From Candidatus Bathyarchaeia archaeon (GTDB lineage: Archaea > Thermoproteota > CALKCG01 > B24 > JAWCPE01), in the NCBI GenBank assembly GCA_038870415.1, contig JAWCPE010000001.1:6806-70805 (forward strand): 64,000 bases of DNA, given 5' to 3'. Every line of letters starts with the position of its first letter. Position 1 is the first letter of the stretch. Shown here one piece after another: positions 36,371-45,925 of the stretch. Below the pieces are notes generated by a model. That model did not search any database. It worked only from the letters and a program-made list of their open reading frames with translations, and was not told where the DNA came from. Made by a program: the position numbers and the translations under genes.

Positions 36371-36664
36371 TCGGGGCTGGGGATAGCGCTTCAGTCTGTG
36401 CATGTCAGCAGCCCTGAACATAAGGCTCAGCCTTCAGCTGGAGGCGAGTGGACTAGTCCCGAAAGCCTCCTTGGTTTCCGGGGAGAGAAACGTGCGGGTT
36501 GAACTCCTCAAAGCCGAGGGGGGAGCAATAGCTGGTTGCGGGTCAAAATACCGGGCTTTCAAAACCGGGCTTGAAGGCCCACTCAAGGGCCGTAGTGGAG
36601 TGACTCGCCGACGCGTCTCCACAACGATGGAGGCCCCTGCTCTTGCTCAGCGCCCCAGTCTCGG
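36371..36664 (+). ncRNA. Unannotated structured RNA with RNase P/MRP-like helix order
   Basis: 12-bp terminal helix TCGGGGCTGGGG/CCCCAGTCTCGG that works with G:U only on +; long-range GGCGAGT/ACTCGCC; GCCTCC/GGAGGC pseudoknot; 10-bp hairpin 36553-36580; TTAGGTA box ~28 nt upstream; no credible ORF. Confidence 0.6.
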
Positions 36665-36684
36665 CTTGAACTGCTGGACCTGCT

Positions 36685-36906
36685 TCATCCACGCTTCTTT
36701 TCGTCTCTGCTTCGAAGCCACCACTTCAGGTAGTCTCTTCGTTCCTGCTTCTTCCTCTCCTCATCGCTGTCCTCGTTTCTGGCGGTGTTCCATGCCTCGA
36801 TGAGTTCCTGATGATGGAAGGTGAGGCCGCAGCTTAAGCAGCTGTAGACCTTATGCTGTGGGTCGTATCTGAGTTCGCCCCCGCACTCCGGGCAATACTT
36901 AGCCAT
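36685..36906 (-). CDS. Small zinc-ribbon protein
   Basis: CPECGG...CLSCG, charged C-terminal helix ending YLKWWL, GAGGGG RBS. Confidence 0.8.
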   Translation of the reverse strand: MAKYCPECGGELRYDPQHKVYSCLSCGLTFHHQELIEAWNTARNEDSDEERKKQERRDYLKWWLRSRDEKKRG

Positions 36907-37054
36907 CTCTCCCCTCAGCTTCGATGCATCAACGTCCAATTTCTACCTTGTGATCTCGAAACGCGAACATGATGGGACTAGCAGCCGACACTGTACTCCG
37001 CCATGACCAGTTGGGTGCCTCCGTTCAGAAAGCCGCGACGCGGTGCTGAAGTTG

Positions 37055-37747
37055 CTAGAGCCGGAGGGTTCTCTCCACGTATCTCCCTCTTCTCTCGATC
37101 TCTCGGGTCTTCCGCAGGTTCTCAGAAGCTTTTTCCTCGCCCAGCCCCTCCCGGTAGCCTTCCGAGAAGGCTTGGAAACATTCGTCCGCGATCCTGCAGT
37201 GCGTGCTGCTTAAGGCTCGTTTCATGAGTAGCAGGTCGACGCCCATATCTTCGCTGTCCCAAGAGTAGGAACCTAGGCCGAAGTCCACTAGGAAGATACG
37301 CCTGTCCGAGGCTAAGATCATGTTCGAGGTTGTGAGGTCGCCGTGAACTATCCCGGCGTGATGGAGCCTAGCTATTATTGCGCCTATCTGGCGAGATGTT
37401 GAAGCCCTCTGCTCCGGGCTGCTTGAGGCGAGGGATTCACGCAGCCTTTCACCCTCAATGTAGCTGAGTAGCATCGTCGCATCTAGGGGGCTGAGCAGCA
37501 GGACCGTAGGGGCTGGGACCCCTGCCTCTTTCGCGTCATGCAACAGCTGGGCTTCGTGAACCGTCCTCCTCGTCCTCAAAGCTTGGTCGAGCGGCTCGAT
37601 CCTGTAAGGCTTCGGCGCCCTGAATTTCCTGACCACCTTGAAGCCGTGCCATGTCCCAAGTGAGATAGTAGCCTCTGCGCCCTTGTATAGGACCCGTTCT
37701 TCCACGAAGCTCTCCGCTCGGCCGAGCACATCAGGCCTCGCGCACAT
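37055..37747 (-). CDS. bud32: KEOPS kinase Bud32
   Basis: KGAEA, K.R..K.YR, HGDLTTSN, DFGL, ERRGRY. Confidence 0.95.
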   Translation of the reverse strand: MCARPDVLGRAESFVEERVLYKGAEATISLGTWHGFKVVRKFRAPKPYRIEPLDQALRTRRTVHEAQLLHDAKEAGVPAPTVLLLSPLDATMLLSYIEGERLRESLASSSPEQRASTSRQIGAIIARLHHAGIVHGDLTTSNMILASDRRIFLVDFGLGSYSWDSEDMGVDLLLMKRALSSTHCRIADECFQAFSEGYREGLGEEKASENLRKTREIERRGRYVERTLRL

Positions 37748-37856
37748 CAGGTTCCCCCCGCGTGCCGAGAGGACGAAGGTATTCGGAGCTCACGGCCCAG
37801 AGGAAACTCGATTAGCCCGGGACGGTTCCTTCATCGAAGAGAGCATGGTCTGTCAG

Positions 37857-38369
37857 CTATCGCCAGAATCTCCACGATTCTTTCACGCTTGTGTGGCCGC
37901 CGTGTTGGTATGCCTCCGGTAGGACGTAGAGGTAGATTGTGTGGCCGTTGAACCTCTCGATTCGGGTGGCTCTCCAACCGTTCATGCTGAAGTCATGGCT
38001 CACTATACGCGTTCCGGGCCTCGCTTCTCTCTCGAATTTGGGCTTTAGCTTCTCGTTAGCGGTGCTCGTCAAGTACAGTGTTATCACCGTCGCCTCTGAT
38101 AGGTCCGCGCCTTGGAGGTCGGCGTTCACCAGCCTTACACGGCCCAACAGGTTCTTAGACTCGATCAGTCTAAGGTCGGACTTGTAGAGGTCTTCGCGGA
38201 GCTCGTAGCCGATCGCCATCTTCGCTCCAAACTCTGTCACCGCTGTGACCAGCATTCGAGCATCGCCGCAGCCCAAGTCGATCACGACATCTGAGGGCCC
38301 GGCTCCCGCGACTTCAAGCATCTTCCTTACGACCTCAGGCGGCGAAGCCACAAAAGGAGCTAAACTCAC
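37857..38369 (-). CDS. Class I SAM-dependent (protein lysine-type) methyltransferase
   Basis: APFVASP, DLGCGDAR, TVITLYL, RIVSHDF. Confidence 0.88.
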   Translation of the reverse strand: MSLAPFVASPPEVVRKMLEVAGAGPSDVVIDLGCGDARMLVTAVTEFGAKMAIGYELREDLYKSDLRLIESKNLLGRVRLVNADLQGADLSEATVITLYLTSTANEKLKPKFEREARPGTRIVSHDFSMNGWRATRIERFNGHTIYLYVLPEAYQHGGHTSVKESWRFWR

Positions 38370-38543
38370 GTTCGGCGTCCTCCTACAGGTTCGTCTTCAA
38401 CCCCCGGTCTCCTAATAAGGATTACGTACTGGAGGGGCTCCTTCAACTTCCCAGCAGGATGACCGCTATCTTTTTATTGCTTCTGTGGTCATCTATCACG
38501 CTGCCCGAGAAGGGTCAGCGTTCATAGCGGGAGTAGGGGAACA

Positions 38544-39290
38544 GTGAGATACGAGTACACCGTGGAGACGGAGGACCTCGCGAAGTACTATCAGATGGGC
38601 GAGATCACCGTTAAGGCCCTTGACGGCATATCCATGAGGGTTAGACGGGGCGAGTACCTCTCCATAATGGGTCCGAGCGGCAGCGGCAAGACCACGCTGT
38701 TCAATATGATCGGCGGCCTAGACCGGCCTACGCGAGGTAAGATCTACATCGACGAGGTGGACATATCGAAGCTTGACGCCTACGAGCTAGCCTGGCTGAG
38801 ATGCCGCAAGATAGGGTACATCTTCCAGACCTTCAACCTCATCCCAGTCCTGACGGCTCACGAGAACGTTTCGCTCCCTATGATCTTCGCAGGTGTCCCT
38901 AGGGAGGAGCGGATGAGGAAAGCCACAGAGATACTGAGCAGAGTTGGGCTCGGAGAGAGACTGCACCACAAGCCCGCCGAGCTCTCAGGCGGACAGCAAC
39001 AGCGCGTCGCTATCGCGCGGTCATTGGCGAACGACCCAGTCATCGTCCTCGCCGACGAGCCGACCGGTAACCTCGACCTCCACACCGGGCTTGACGTCAT
39101 AACCCTGCTTCGCCAGATGAACCAGGAGAAGGGCGTCACCATAGTGACCGCGACTCACGACCTGAAGATGATTGATGTATCCGATAGGATCTTCTGGATC
39201 CGCGACGGAAAAGTAGACAGGATCGAGAAACGCGTCGACGTCATGGTGAAGCTCGGCGAGGAGACTGGCCCCCTACCAGTCAAGGAGTAG
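38544..39290 (+). CDS. ABC transporter ATP-binding protein (LolD/MacB type)
   Basis: [29 protein letters not shown]. Confidence 0.95.
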   Translation: MRYEYTVETEDLAKYYQMGEITVKALDGISMRVRRGEYLSIMGPSGSGKTTLFNMIGGLDRPTRGKIYIDEVDISKLDAYELAWLRCRKIGYIFQTFNLIPVLTAHENVSLPMIFAGVPREERMRKATEILSRVGLGERLHHKPAELSGGQQQRVAIARSLANDPVIVLADEPTGNLDLHTGLDVITLLRQMNQEKGVTIVTATHDLKMIDVSDRIFWIRDGKVDRIEKRVDVMVKLGEETGPLPVKE

Positions 39291-39389
39291 CCGGCTCAAC
39301 GGTAGGCTCTTCCCTGCAGCCTCGAATGTCCGGTACCCGTCGATTCCCTGGGTCGGCTCCCGACCGAGAAAAGAGTGGGAGTGTAAGCT

Positions 39390-41294
39390 CTGAGGCTCCT
39401 CTTCATCCACGCTGACAGTTTCGGGTACAAGGTCTTAGACAAGGCAATCGAGAGACCGGAGGCTCTCGAAGGCGCTGAGAGGGAAGCCTCCTTCCACGAC
39501 GTGCTCGTCGTGTTTACTACCGTCGAGCAGGCCGACGAGGATTCTCCCGCCGAGGTCGTGACGCAGGCCGCAGAGAGCGTCCTAGACGTTGCTGTGAGAG
39601 TCGGCGCGCATAGGTTGGTGCTCTACCCGTACGCGCACCTGTCCTCTCAGCTGGCTTCGCCCAGCCATTCCCTCTCCATCCTCAAGGCGATGGAAGAGCG
39701 TCTCAAGGAGAGCGGCGTCGATGTCCATCGCAGCCCGTTCGGATGGTATAAAGCCTTCACGATCGCGTGTAAGGGCCATCCGCTCTCTGAGCTCTCCAGA
39801 ACCATCGTGGGAGCGCCGGGCACGTCGGGGGAGCCTACAGCGAAGAGGGAGAGGGTGTCGAAGGCGCTCCAGGCGGAGGAGAAGCTTCAGTCAAGCTGGT
39901 TTATCCTAGACCCTGAAGGTCGTCTCACGCCGGTGTCTGAGTTCGACTTCCAGGGGAGCCCAAACCTAGAGAAGCTCGCGCGGTATGAGATGGCGAAGGT
40001 CAGGGCTGTAGCCCAAGTCCCGCCCCATGTGACTTTGATGAAGAGGCTTGAGATAGCCGCCTATGAGCCGGGCAGCGACCCGGGGAATATGCGTTGGTAC
40101 CCTAAGGGAGCCCTGATGAAGAGGCTCCTCGAGCAGTTCGTCGCCCGCAAGGTGGCGGAGTACGGCGCGATGGAGGTCGAGACACCGGTGATGTATGATG
40201 CCCACCACCCTTCGCTCGCGAGCTACCTTGACAGGTTCCCGGCTAGGCAGTACATGGTGGAGTCGGAGGACAGAGAGCTCTTCCTGCGTTTCAGCGCCTG
40301 CTTCGGTCAGTTCCTCCTAGCCAGCGATGCTCAGATCTCGTACCGGCAGCTTCCGCTGAAGCTGTACGAGTTGACACGCTACAGTTTCCGGCGGGAGAAG
40401 AGCGGGGAACTCGTAGGCCTGAGAAGGCTTAGAGCCTTCACGATGCCTGACTGCCACGCGCTCTGCGCAGACCTTGACCAAGCCCGCGTTGAGCTGGTGG
40501 CTAGGTTCCAGCTCTCGATGAGCGTGCTCAGCGAGGGGCTAGGCCTCAAGCAGGGGGATTACGAGCTTGCTGTCAGGTTCACGAAGGACTTCTACGAGGA
40601 GAACAGGGGACTCGTCCACTCGCTGGTTAGGCTCTTCGGAAGACCCGCGCTCGTGGAGATGTGGCCTGAACGTTTCTTCTACTTCACCCTCAAGTGGGAG
40701 TTCAACTTCGTCGACGCCCTAGAGAAGGCTTCAGCCCTCTCGACAGACCAGGTCGACGTGGAGAACGCGGAGCGGTACGGGATCGTCTACGTAGACGAGA
40801 AGGGAGAAAAACGGTTCCCGCTCATCCTCCACTGCTCGCCCAGCGGGGCAATAGAACGTGACATCTACGCGCTCTTAGAGAGAGCCTACCTAGCGCAGCA
40901 GAGGGGTGAGACACCCACCCTCCCATTGTGGCTTCAGCCCACCCAGATCAGGCTGATACCTGTCTCTGAGAAGGCTCTTCCGGACGTAGAGAAGGTCGCA
41001 GAGGAGATAGAGGGCCTCCAGGTTCCCGTTAGGGTCGACATCGACGATAGACCTGTAACCGTGGATAGGAAGGTGCGGGATGCGGAGTTAGAGTGGATCG
41101 AGTACATCCTCGTCGTCGGCCCACGAGAGGTGAAGTCAGGCATCTTCACGGTCAGGAAGCGTTCAACGAGGGAGATGCTGCGCCTCCCCCTGAAGGAGCT
41201 TGCCGACGCGATCAAGGCTGAGACGGAGGGAAAGCCGTTCCTGCCCCAAACGCTCTCAAAATACCTCTCGAAGAGGCCGCAGTTCCCCGGCTAG
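39390..41294 (+). CDS. thrS: Threonyl-tRNA synthetase, archaeal type with N-terminal editing domain
   Basis: CTG start gives MRLLFIHAD; YPYAHLS, PFGWYKAF..CKGHPLSEL, RFSACFG, FRREKSGE, HCSPSG. Confidence 0.96.
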   Translation: MRLLFIHADSFGYKVLDKAIERPEALEGAEREASFHDVLVVFTTVEQADEDSPAEVVTQAAESVLDVAVRVGAHRLVLYPYAHLSSQLASPSHSLSILKAMEERLKESGVDVHRSPFGWYKAFTIACKGHPLSELSRTIVGAPGTSGEPTAKRERVSKALQAEEKLQSSWFILDPEGRLTPVSEFDFQGSPNLEKLARYEMAKVRAVAQVPPHVTLMKRLEIAAYEPGSDPGNMRWYPKGALMKRLLEQFVARKVAEYGAMEVETPVMYDAHHPSLASYLDRFPARQYMVESEDRELFLRFSACFGQFLLASDAQISYRQLPLKLYELTRYSFRREKSGELVGLRRLRAFTMPDCHALCADLDQARVELVARFQLSMSVLSEGLGLKQGDYELAVRFTKDFYEENRGLVHSLVRLFGRPALVEMWPERFFYFTLKWEFNFVDALEKASALSTDQVDVENAERYGIVYVDEKGEKRFPLILHCSPSGAIERDIYALLERAYLAQQRGETPTLPLWLQPTQIRLIPVSEKALPDVEKVAEEIEGLQVPVRVDIDDRPVTVDRKVRDAELEWIEYILVVGPREVKSGIFTVRKRSTREMLRLPLKELADAIKAETEGKPFLPQTLSKYLSKRPQFPG

Positions 41295-41393
41295 CGCTCA
41301 GTCGGTGCCTAAACCGCAGCGTTATCGGAGCATACGCCGTCGCGACCAGAAGACGGCAGCATGCCGACGCGCCGAGGTAATCCTCTTCGCGGG

Positions 41394-42392
41394 TTACTCG
41401 AGGTCGTCGGCTAGGTAGGTGCTGTACCTTTGCTGGTCCTCGAATGGGATCTGCCCCAGCTCTTGCTGAAGGACTGTCAGAGCCGCTTGAGGGGGGATTA
41501 TGCCCCTCTCCGTGATGATGAGGTCTATGTACTCAGGCGGGGTCACGTCGAAGGAGGGGTTGCGCACCTGCACATTCTTCCACCGCGCCCTCATCTCGGG
41601 CGGTATCACCTCGTCGGGAGGCCTCTCCTCGATCTTTATCAGCTCGCCGATGATCGTTTCAGGGCTGAACTTGTAAGTTTCAGCCGCGACGAAGAAAAGG
41701 GTCCTAGACTCGTGGGCTGCGAGGGCTACCATGGAGGTCCCTATCTTGTTCACCACGGCGCCGTTCGAGGCTACCGCGTCGGCGCCTACCACCACCTTGT
41801 CGATCCTCTTCATGAAGTACCTAGCTGCGCCGTCCACGATCAACGTGACCGGTATCCCTTGGTTATCCAACGTCTCTGCGACTATCCGGCCTTGGTAGAG
41901 CGGCCGGGTCTCCGTAACGTAGACATCGATGTTCTTGCCCTGCTCCTTCGCCTTCTTCAGGATTGAGACCACCGCGTTGCTGTGGCAATGCGTCATGAGG
42001 GTGTCGCCGTCGTTGATCCTGCGAGCTCCGATCTCAGCGATCCTCGCAACAGCCTCCTTGGTGTTGGTCAGGAAGGCTTCGCACGCTGCGAGGACGGCCT
42101 TCTGAGCCTCCTCCAAGGTGAAGCCCTGCCTTTGAGCGGTGAGAGCCCTGTACATGACGTACCTTACACCGTTCGGCAACGATACCGCCGTCGGCCTGGT
42201 TGAGAGAAGATACTTCGCCGCATAGTCCAGCTCTGAGACAAGCTCGGAGGTGCTTCGCGCAGAGCTTTGAGCGGCGGTCAGTCGGAGGCATTCGACCGCT
42301 GTTTGAGCGATCCTAGTTGCGCCCCTGACCTCCATGCCTCTTATCTTGCGCCCCGCTGCTTCAACCTCCGGCAGTAGACGAGGTAAAGACAC
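41394..42392 (-). CDS. Ribose-1,5-bisphosphate isomerase (eIF2B-like)
   Basis: VRGA..IA, RPTAVSL, THCHS, ETRP, GADA, NKIGT, NPSFDVTP. Confidence 0.9.
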   Translation of the reverse strand: MSLPRLLPEVEAAGRKIRGMEVRGATRIAQTAVECLRLTAAQSSARSTSELVSELDYAAKYLLSTRPTAVSLPNGVRYVMYRALTAQRQGFTLEEAQKAVLAACEAFLTNTKEAVARIAEIGARRINDGDTLMTHCHSNAVVSILKKAKEQGKNIDVYVTETRPLYQGRIVAETLDNQGIPVTLIVDGAARYFMKRIDKVVVGADAVASNGAVVNKIGTSMVALAAHESRTLFFVAAETYKFSPETIIGELIKIEERPPDEVIPPEMRARWKNVQVRNPSFDVTPPEYIDLIITERGIIPPQAALTVLQQELGQIPFEDQQRYSTYLADDLE

Positions 42393-42925
42393 GGTCTTCC
42401 TCTATAGGCGTTCAGCTGGGAGCTTTCATAAACGTTTCCTTACCCGGGGGGGAATTCATCCATAGAGCTACCTCGCTGAACTGAACTGTGTCATCGCAGC
42501 TCAGAAGGAAAGACTCCGAGGAGGACCCTGCGGTCCTCCCTTACGAGGAAGGCGTAGTTCACCGCCCAGTAGTTTGAGGTCGACTTCGCCCTCTCGCTGA
42601 AAGAGGCTGAGGAGTAGGCTTTCGGCATACCTTCGGCTGAGCCCCCTCTCCTTGAAGGCGGGGAGATTCGCGTAGAGCTTGGCTTAACGGGCATCCTAGG
42701 GTTCTCACCCCTCCTTCTGCCTGTCCTCTCGGCCTTCGAAAGTCATCGATTCGAAGGTTGGTTAAGGATTATTACAGCGGCCTAACGTCATACGCCCTCC
42801 AATCCCACCTGGGAAGCATAGAGCAACCCACAGCCTAACGGGCACAAGACGATCTTTAGACATACCCCCGCGGGGAGAGTGCTTATAAAGACGGCATGGA
42901 AACATGATGCTGTTCGGGGTAATCG

Positions 42926-43504
42926 TTGTCACGGCCTAAGCCATCTATCCGGATAGAGAACGTTGTCGCGTCCGTCAACTTAAACCAGGGGATAGACCTG
43001 CTCTCAGTGGTGAAGGCTCTACCCGGGGCTGTGGAGTATAAACCGGAGCAGTTCCCCGGCCTCGTCTTCAGGCTTAGGAAACCTAAGACCACAACTCTGA
43101 TATTTAGCTCAGGCAAGATGGTCTGCACCGGCGCTAGGTCCTCGGACCTAGCTAGGAAGGCGGTTAGAAGGGTCGTAAGCGAGCTGAGAACGAACGGTGT
43201 CCTCATCGTCTCCAAGCCTGACATCCAGGTGCAGAACATCGTTGCCTCCGTGAACCTCGGCGGGAAGGTAGACCTAGAACGGTCAACCTTCACTCTGGGA
43301 CGGACCTTGTACGAGCCTGAACAGTTCCCAGGGCTCATCTTCCGTATGGATGAGCCGAGGGTCGTCATACTCATCTTCGCCAGCGGGAAGCTCGTCTGCA
43401 CCGGGGCTAAGAGGGAGCAAGAGGTCACCGATGCAGTGGACAAGCTGAAACAGGTCCTGGAAGACGAGCAGCTCATCTACTACGAGGAAGGCAGCGTCGC
43501 ATAG
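42926..43504 (+). CDS. tbp: TATA-box binding protein
   Basis: Two repeats NVVAS/NIVAS, Y.PEQFPGL, LIF.SGK.VCTGA. Confidence 0.98.
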   Translation: MSRPKPSIRIENVVASVNLNQGIDLLSVVKALPGAVEYKPEQFPGLVFRLRKPKTTTLIFSSGKMVCTGARSSDLARKAVRRVVSELRTNGVLIVSKPDIQVQNIVASVNLGGKVDLERSTFTLGRTLYEPEQFPGLIFRMDEPRVVILIFASGKLVCTGAKREQEVTDAVDKLKQVLEDEQLIYYEEGSVA

Positions 43505-43643
43505 AAGGCCTGAAGCATCTAGCCTACCTGTACCGCTCAAGAGAACCGTCAGAACAAGACAAGAGTGCAGGCGGGTATCTTGCGCTGCAGCTGGGCTTTC
43601 GAAGGCTTAAGAGAGAGTAGGGAATCCTATAAGCGGTCTTAAG

Positions 43644-43829
43644 ATGTGCGAGTTTAAGGTGTTTCTCTCAGGGCAGCTCGTGTTCGAGGATGTAGTCTAC
43701 GCTAAGCTTCAGGGGAGTGACCTTGTGCTCAGAGATGTCCTCGGAAGCCAGAAGATTATCCCGTGCGCCCGCATAGTGGAGGTCAACGTCAGCTCTGAGA
43801 CACTTCTCGTAGAAGGAGTCTCTACCTAA
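43644..43829 (+). CDS. CooT-family nickel-binding protein
   Basis: MCE start, EDVV, DVLG, I.EVN; 61 aa. Confidence 0.8.
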   Translation: MCEFKVFLSGQLVFEDVVYAKLQGSDLVLRDVLGSQKIIPCARIVEVNVSSETLLVEGVST

Positions 43830-43834
43830 GCCGC

Positions 43835-45553
43835 TTACGGTTCTCCGCCCCCTAACTCTTTGCAAACGTTGGAGACTGCCCTCAACACGTGAGGGGCGGA
43901 TATAACAGCGAAGACCCGCATGAACCTCGGGGAGGCGATCTCCTTGACGACATGGCGGTCTCCGGAGGCCAGGTATCCGCCCAGCACGGCCTCCGCGAAG
44001 CCTTTTGCAAGTCGGGCGTTGAGCGTCAGATGGCTGGTGTAGTATAGGAGTTCGGCGAGGTCCCAGGTGGGCTGCAGCCCTCTCCCCGCTTGTTCAAGGT
44101 CTAGGAAGAAGACTTGGCCTCGTCCATCCGTAAGGATGTTCTCAGGTTTCGGGTCGCCTAGTATGATACCTGTGGCATGGATGCCTGCCAACGTCTTTCC
44201 TATCGCGGAGAACAATGGCAGAGCCTGCTCTAGGGCGTCGCTCGAAGAGAACGCCTTGACTGCCAGCTGTTCGAGGTCTTCGCCTTCCACGTACTCTCTG
44301 TAGAGGACCTTGTCCGCCCAGCTGATGTCGAGCACATCTGGCGCCGCGAAGCCGTGTCTCCGCAGATGGAGTAGCGCGGCGTACTCGTTAGCCATCCTGC
44401 TCCGGCCTCTGAGCGCGAACCTCTGAACCCCGACCGTCCACAAGGCCAGAGGGAACCACTTGAAGCCATGCCAATCCCTGTACTTCTTCGCGACGACACG
44501 CTTCTCTTCACCGTCCCCGGTCAACCTGATGAGGAAGACCGAGTTCACCGCCGATCCAAGTCTCTCAACAGTTCTCGCCTTTGCAGCTTCAGGAGAGCCG
44601 AGCCTCTCTGAGAGCCGTTCAATCGGCATCCGTTCCGAGAGGCTGACCAGGCCTCGCTCTGAGGGCAGGAAGAGATACCTCTCCGGTTCCTCTAAGGCTT
44701 TCTCACGGTTACTGCCCTCCAGCTCCCTCGTCAGCTTAGAAGCGAATTCTTGGGCGACCTCGAGGAGGTTGACGCCTCTACCTGCGTAGCCGTGTACCAC
44801 GTACGCGCTGGCGGCCCTCTTCACGCTCTTGGCGATCTCGGCTACCCTTGCTCGATTCGCGCCGTGCTGTACCCCTGCCTTCTCTGTTAGCTTGTAGTAC
44901 TCACCGTCATACGTGAGGATACCTTCAGCGATTAGGGCTGAGAGCGCTCTTTCGAACCCTAAGCTGATCTTCTTAAGGTTCATCTCTCTACGGTTTCCTT
45001 CCAGCATCCTTACGTAACTGTACCGAACCGGTGGATAGATGCGGGCCCTCCGCCACATCTTGTCGAGGATGAAGAAGACGGGCGAGATGAGTATCTCCGT
45101 CCAGATGCCTGGGTAGTCGGAGATTAGGCCCTGGATGCTCTCCTTAGCCGCCATCTCCGCCTCGTTCAGGTACTCCTCGGAGACCATGGGCTGGTATGGG
45201 GTGAGGAGACGGCCTGCCACAAACTCGCCGAGGTAAGCGTCCTTCACATCTCTCTCGAAGAGTTCTTTGTCGACGGCGAGAACAGAGAACATACCTTTCT
45301 CATACGGCTCGTAATGGTATCGTACATCGTCCCGGTACGGTTCAAGGACCAGAAGCACGTCCACGTCGCTATCTTTCCTAGCGTAGCCCGACACCTGGGA
45401 GCCGTAGAAGCAGGCGGCTACGACCTTCGACCCGTTCCTCTCCGCGAGCCGCTTGCACATCTCCACCGCTGCCAGCCTTGTAGCCTCATCTATCAAGGCG
45501 AGAGACAACCTTCCTCCCCTGTTCTGCTCTCCCATCCTTTCTTTCATCTTCAT
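43835..45553 (-). CDS. Nucleotidyltransferase (Pol-beta fold) + Bud32/RIO-like kinase fusion
   Basis: YGSQVSGYARKDSDVDV at the N-terminus; VAKKY, LGDPKPEN, FLDLEQ at the C-terminus. Start uncertain (45535-45655). Confidence 0.82.
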   Translation of the reverse strand: MKMKERMGEQNRGGRLSLALIDEATRLAAVEMCKRLAERNGSKVVAACFYGSQVSGYARKDSDVDVLLVLEPYRDDVRYHYEPYEKGMFSVLAVDKELFERDVKDAYLGEFVAGRLLTPYQPMVSEEYLNEAEMAAKESIQGLISDYPGIWTEILISPVFFILDKMWRRARIYPPVRYSYVRMLEGNRREMNLKKISLGFERALSALIAEGILTYDGEYYKLTEKAGVQHGANRARVAEIAKSVKRAASAYVVHGYAGRGVNLLEVAQEFASKLTRELEGSNREKALEEPERYLFLPSERGLVSLSERMPIERLSERLGSPEAAKARTVERLGSAVNSVFLIRLTGDGEEKRVVAKKYRDWHGFKWFPLALWTVGVQRFALRGRSRMANEYAALLHLRRHGFAAPDVLDISWADKVLYREYVEGEDLEQLAVKAFSSSDALEQALPLFSAIGKTLAGIHATGIILGDPKPENILTDGRGQVFFLDLEQAGRGLQPTWDLAELLYYTSHLTLNARLAKGFAEAVLGGYLASGDRHVVKEIASPRFMRVFAVISAPHVLRAVSNVCKELGGGEP

Positions 45554-45925
45554 CGGAGCCTCTCTCATAAACGGATCGACGGCTTGCTGTCGCCGTGCGA
45601 AAACCCGAGGGTTCCAGCAGTGTCGACGAGCTGCCGGCCACTCAGTCCGCTTCACGTAGTCCGACTCTGTGGAAGACCTCTGCGCAGCGTTCGTTGACGC
45701 GATAAACCTCTAGTCTAGGTACGCTGTACACCTGCCGTCGCCCACTTTGATATGGGTGAAGCCATGCCGGGAGGGTTTCTACAGAACGCGTAGTCCGTAA
45801 GACCTTAGTAAGGCCTCCGTCGATATGGTCGAAGATACGTAGGGTCCGAAGAGAGCTGCTGAGGCCCTTAGGCTCAGCCTGCAAACCCGAGGTGCTTTAC
45901 AGGCCGGAGAGCTGAGTGGTGTCTC

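Noticed and set aside
36371..36664. tmRNA (starts GGGGCTG) or group I intron interpretation; ORF 36402..36803
   Set aside because: There is no T-arm/CCA end or tag frame and no Q/R/S core in the right order. The ORF has no recognisable motif and overlaps the Zn-ribbon gene antisense.
42491..42628. Small ORF MPKAYSSASF..FPSELR
   Set aside because: Plausible but unsupported; no recognisable family.
45642..45884. 80-aa ORF upstream of the NTase-kinase gene
   Set aside because: No motif or clear RBS; cannot be distinguished from a chance ORF.
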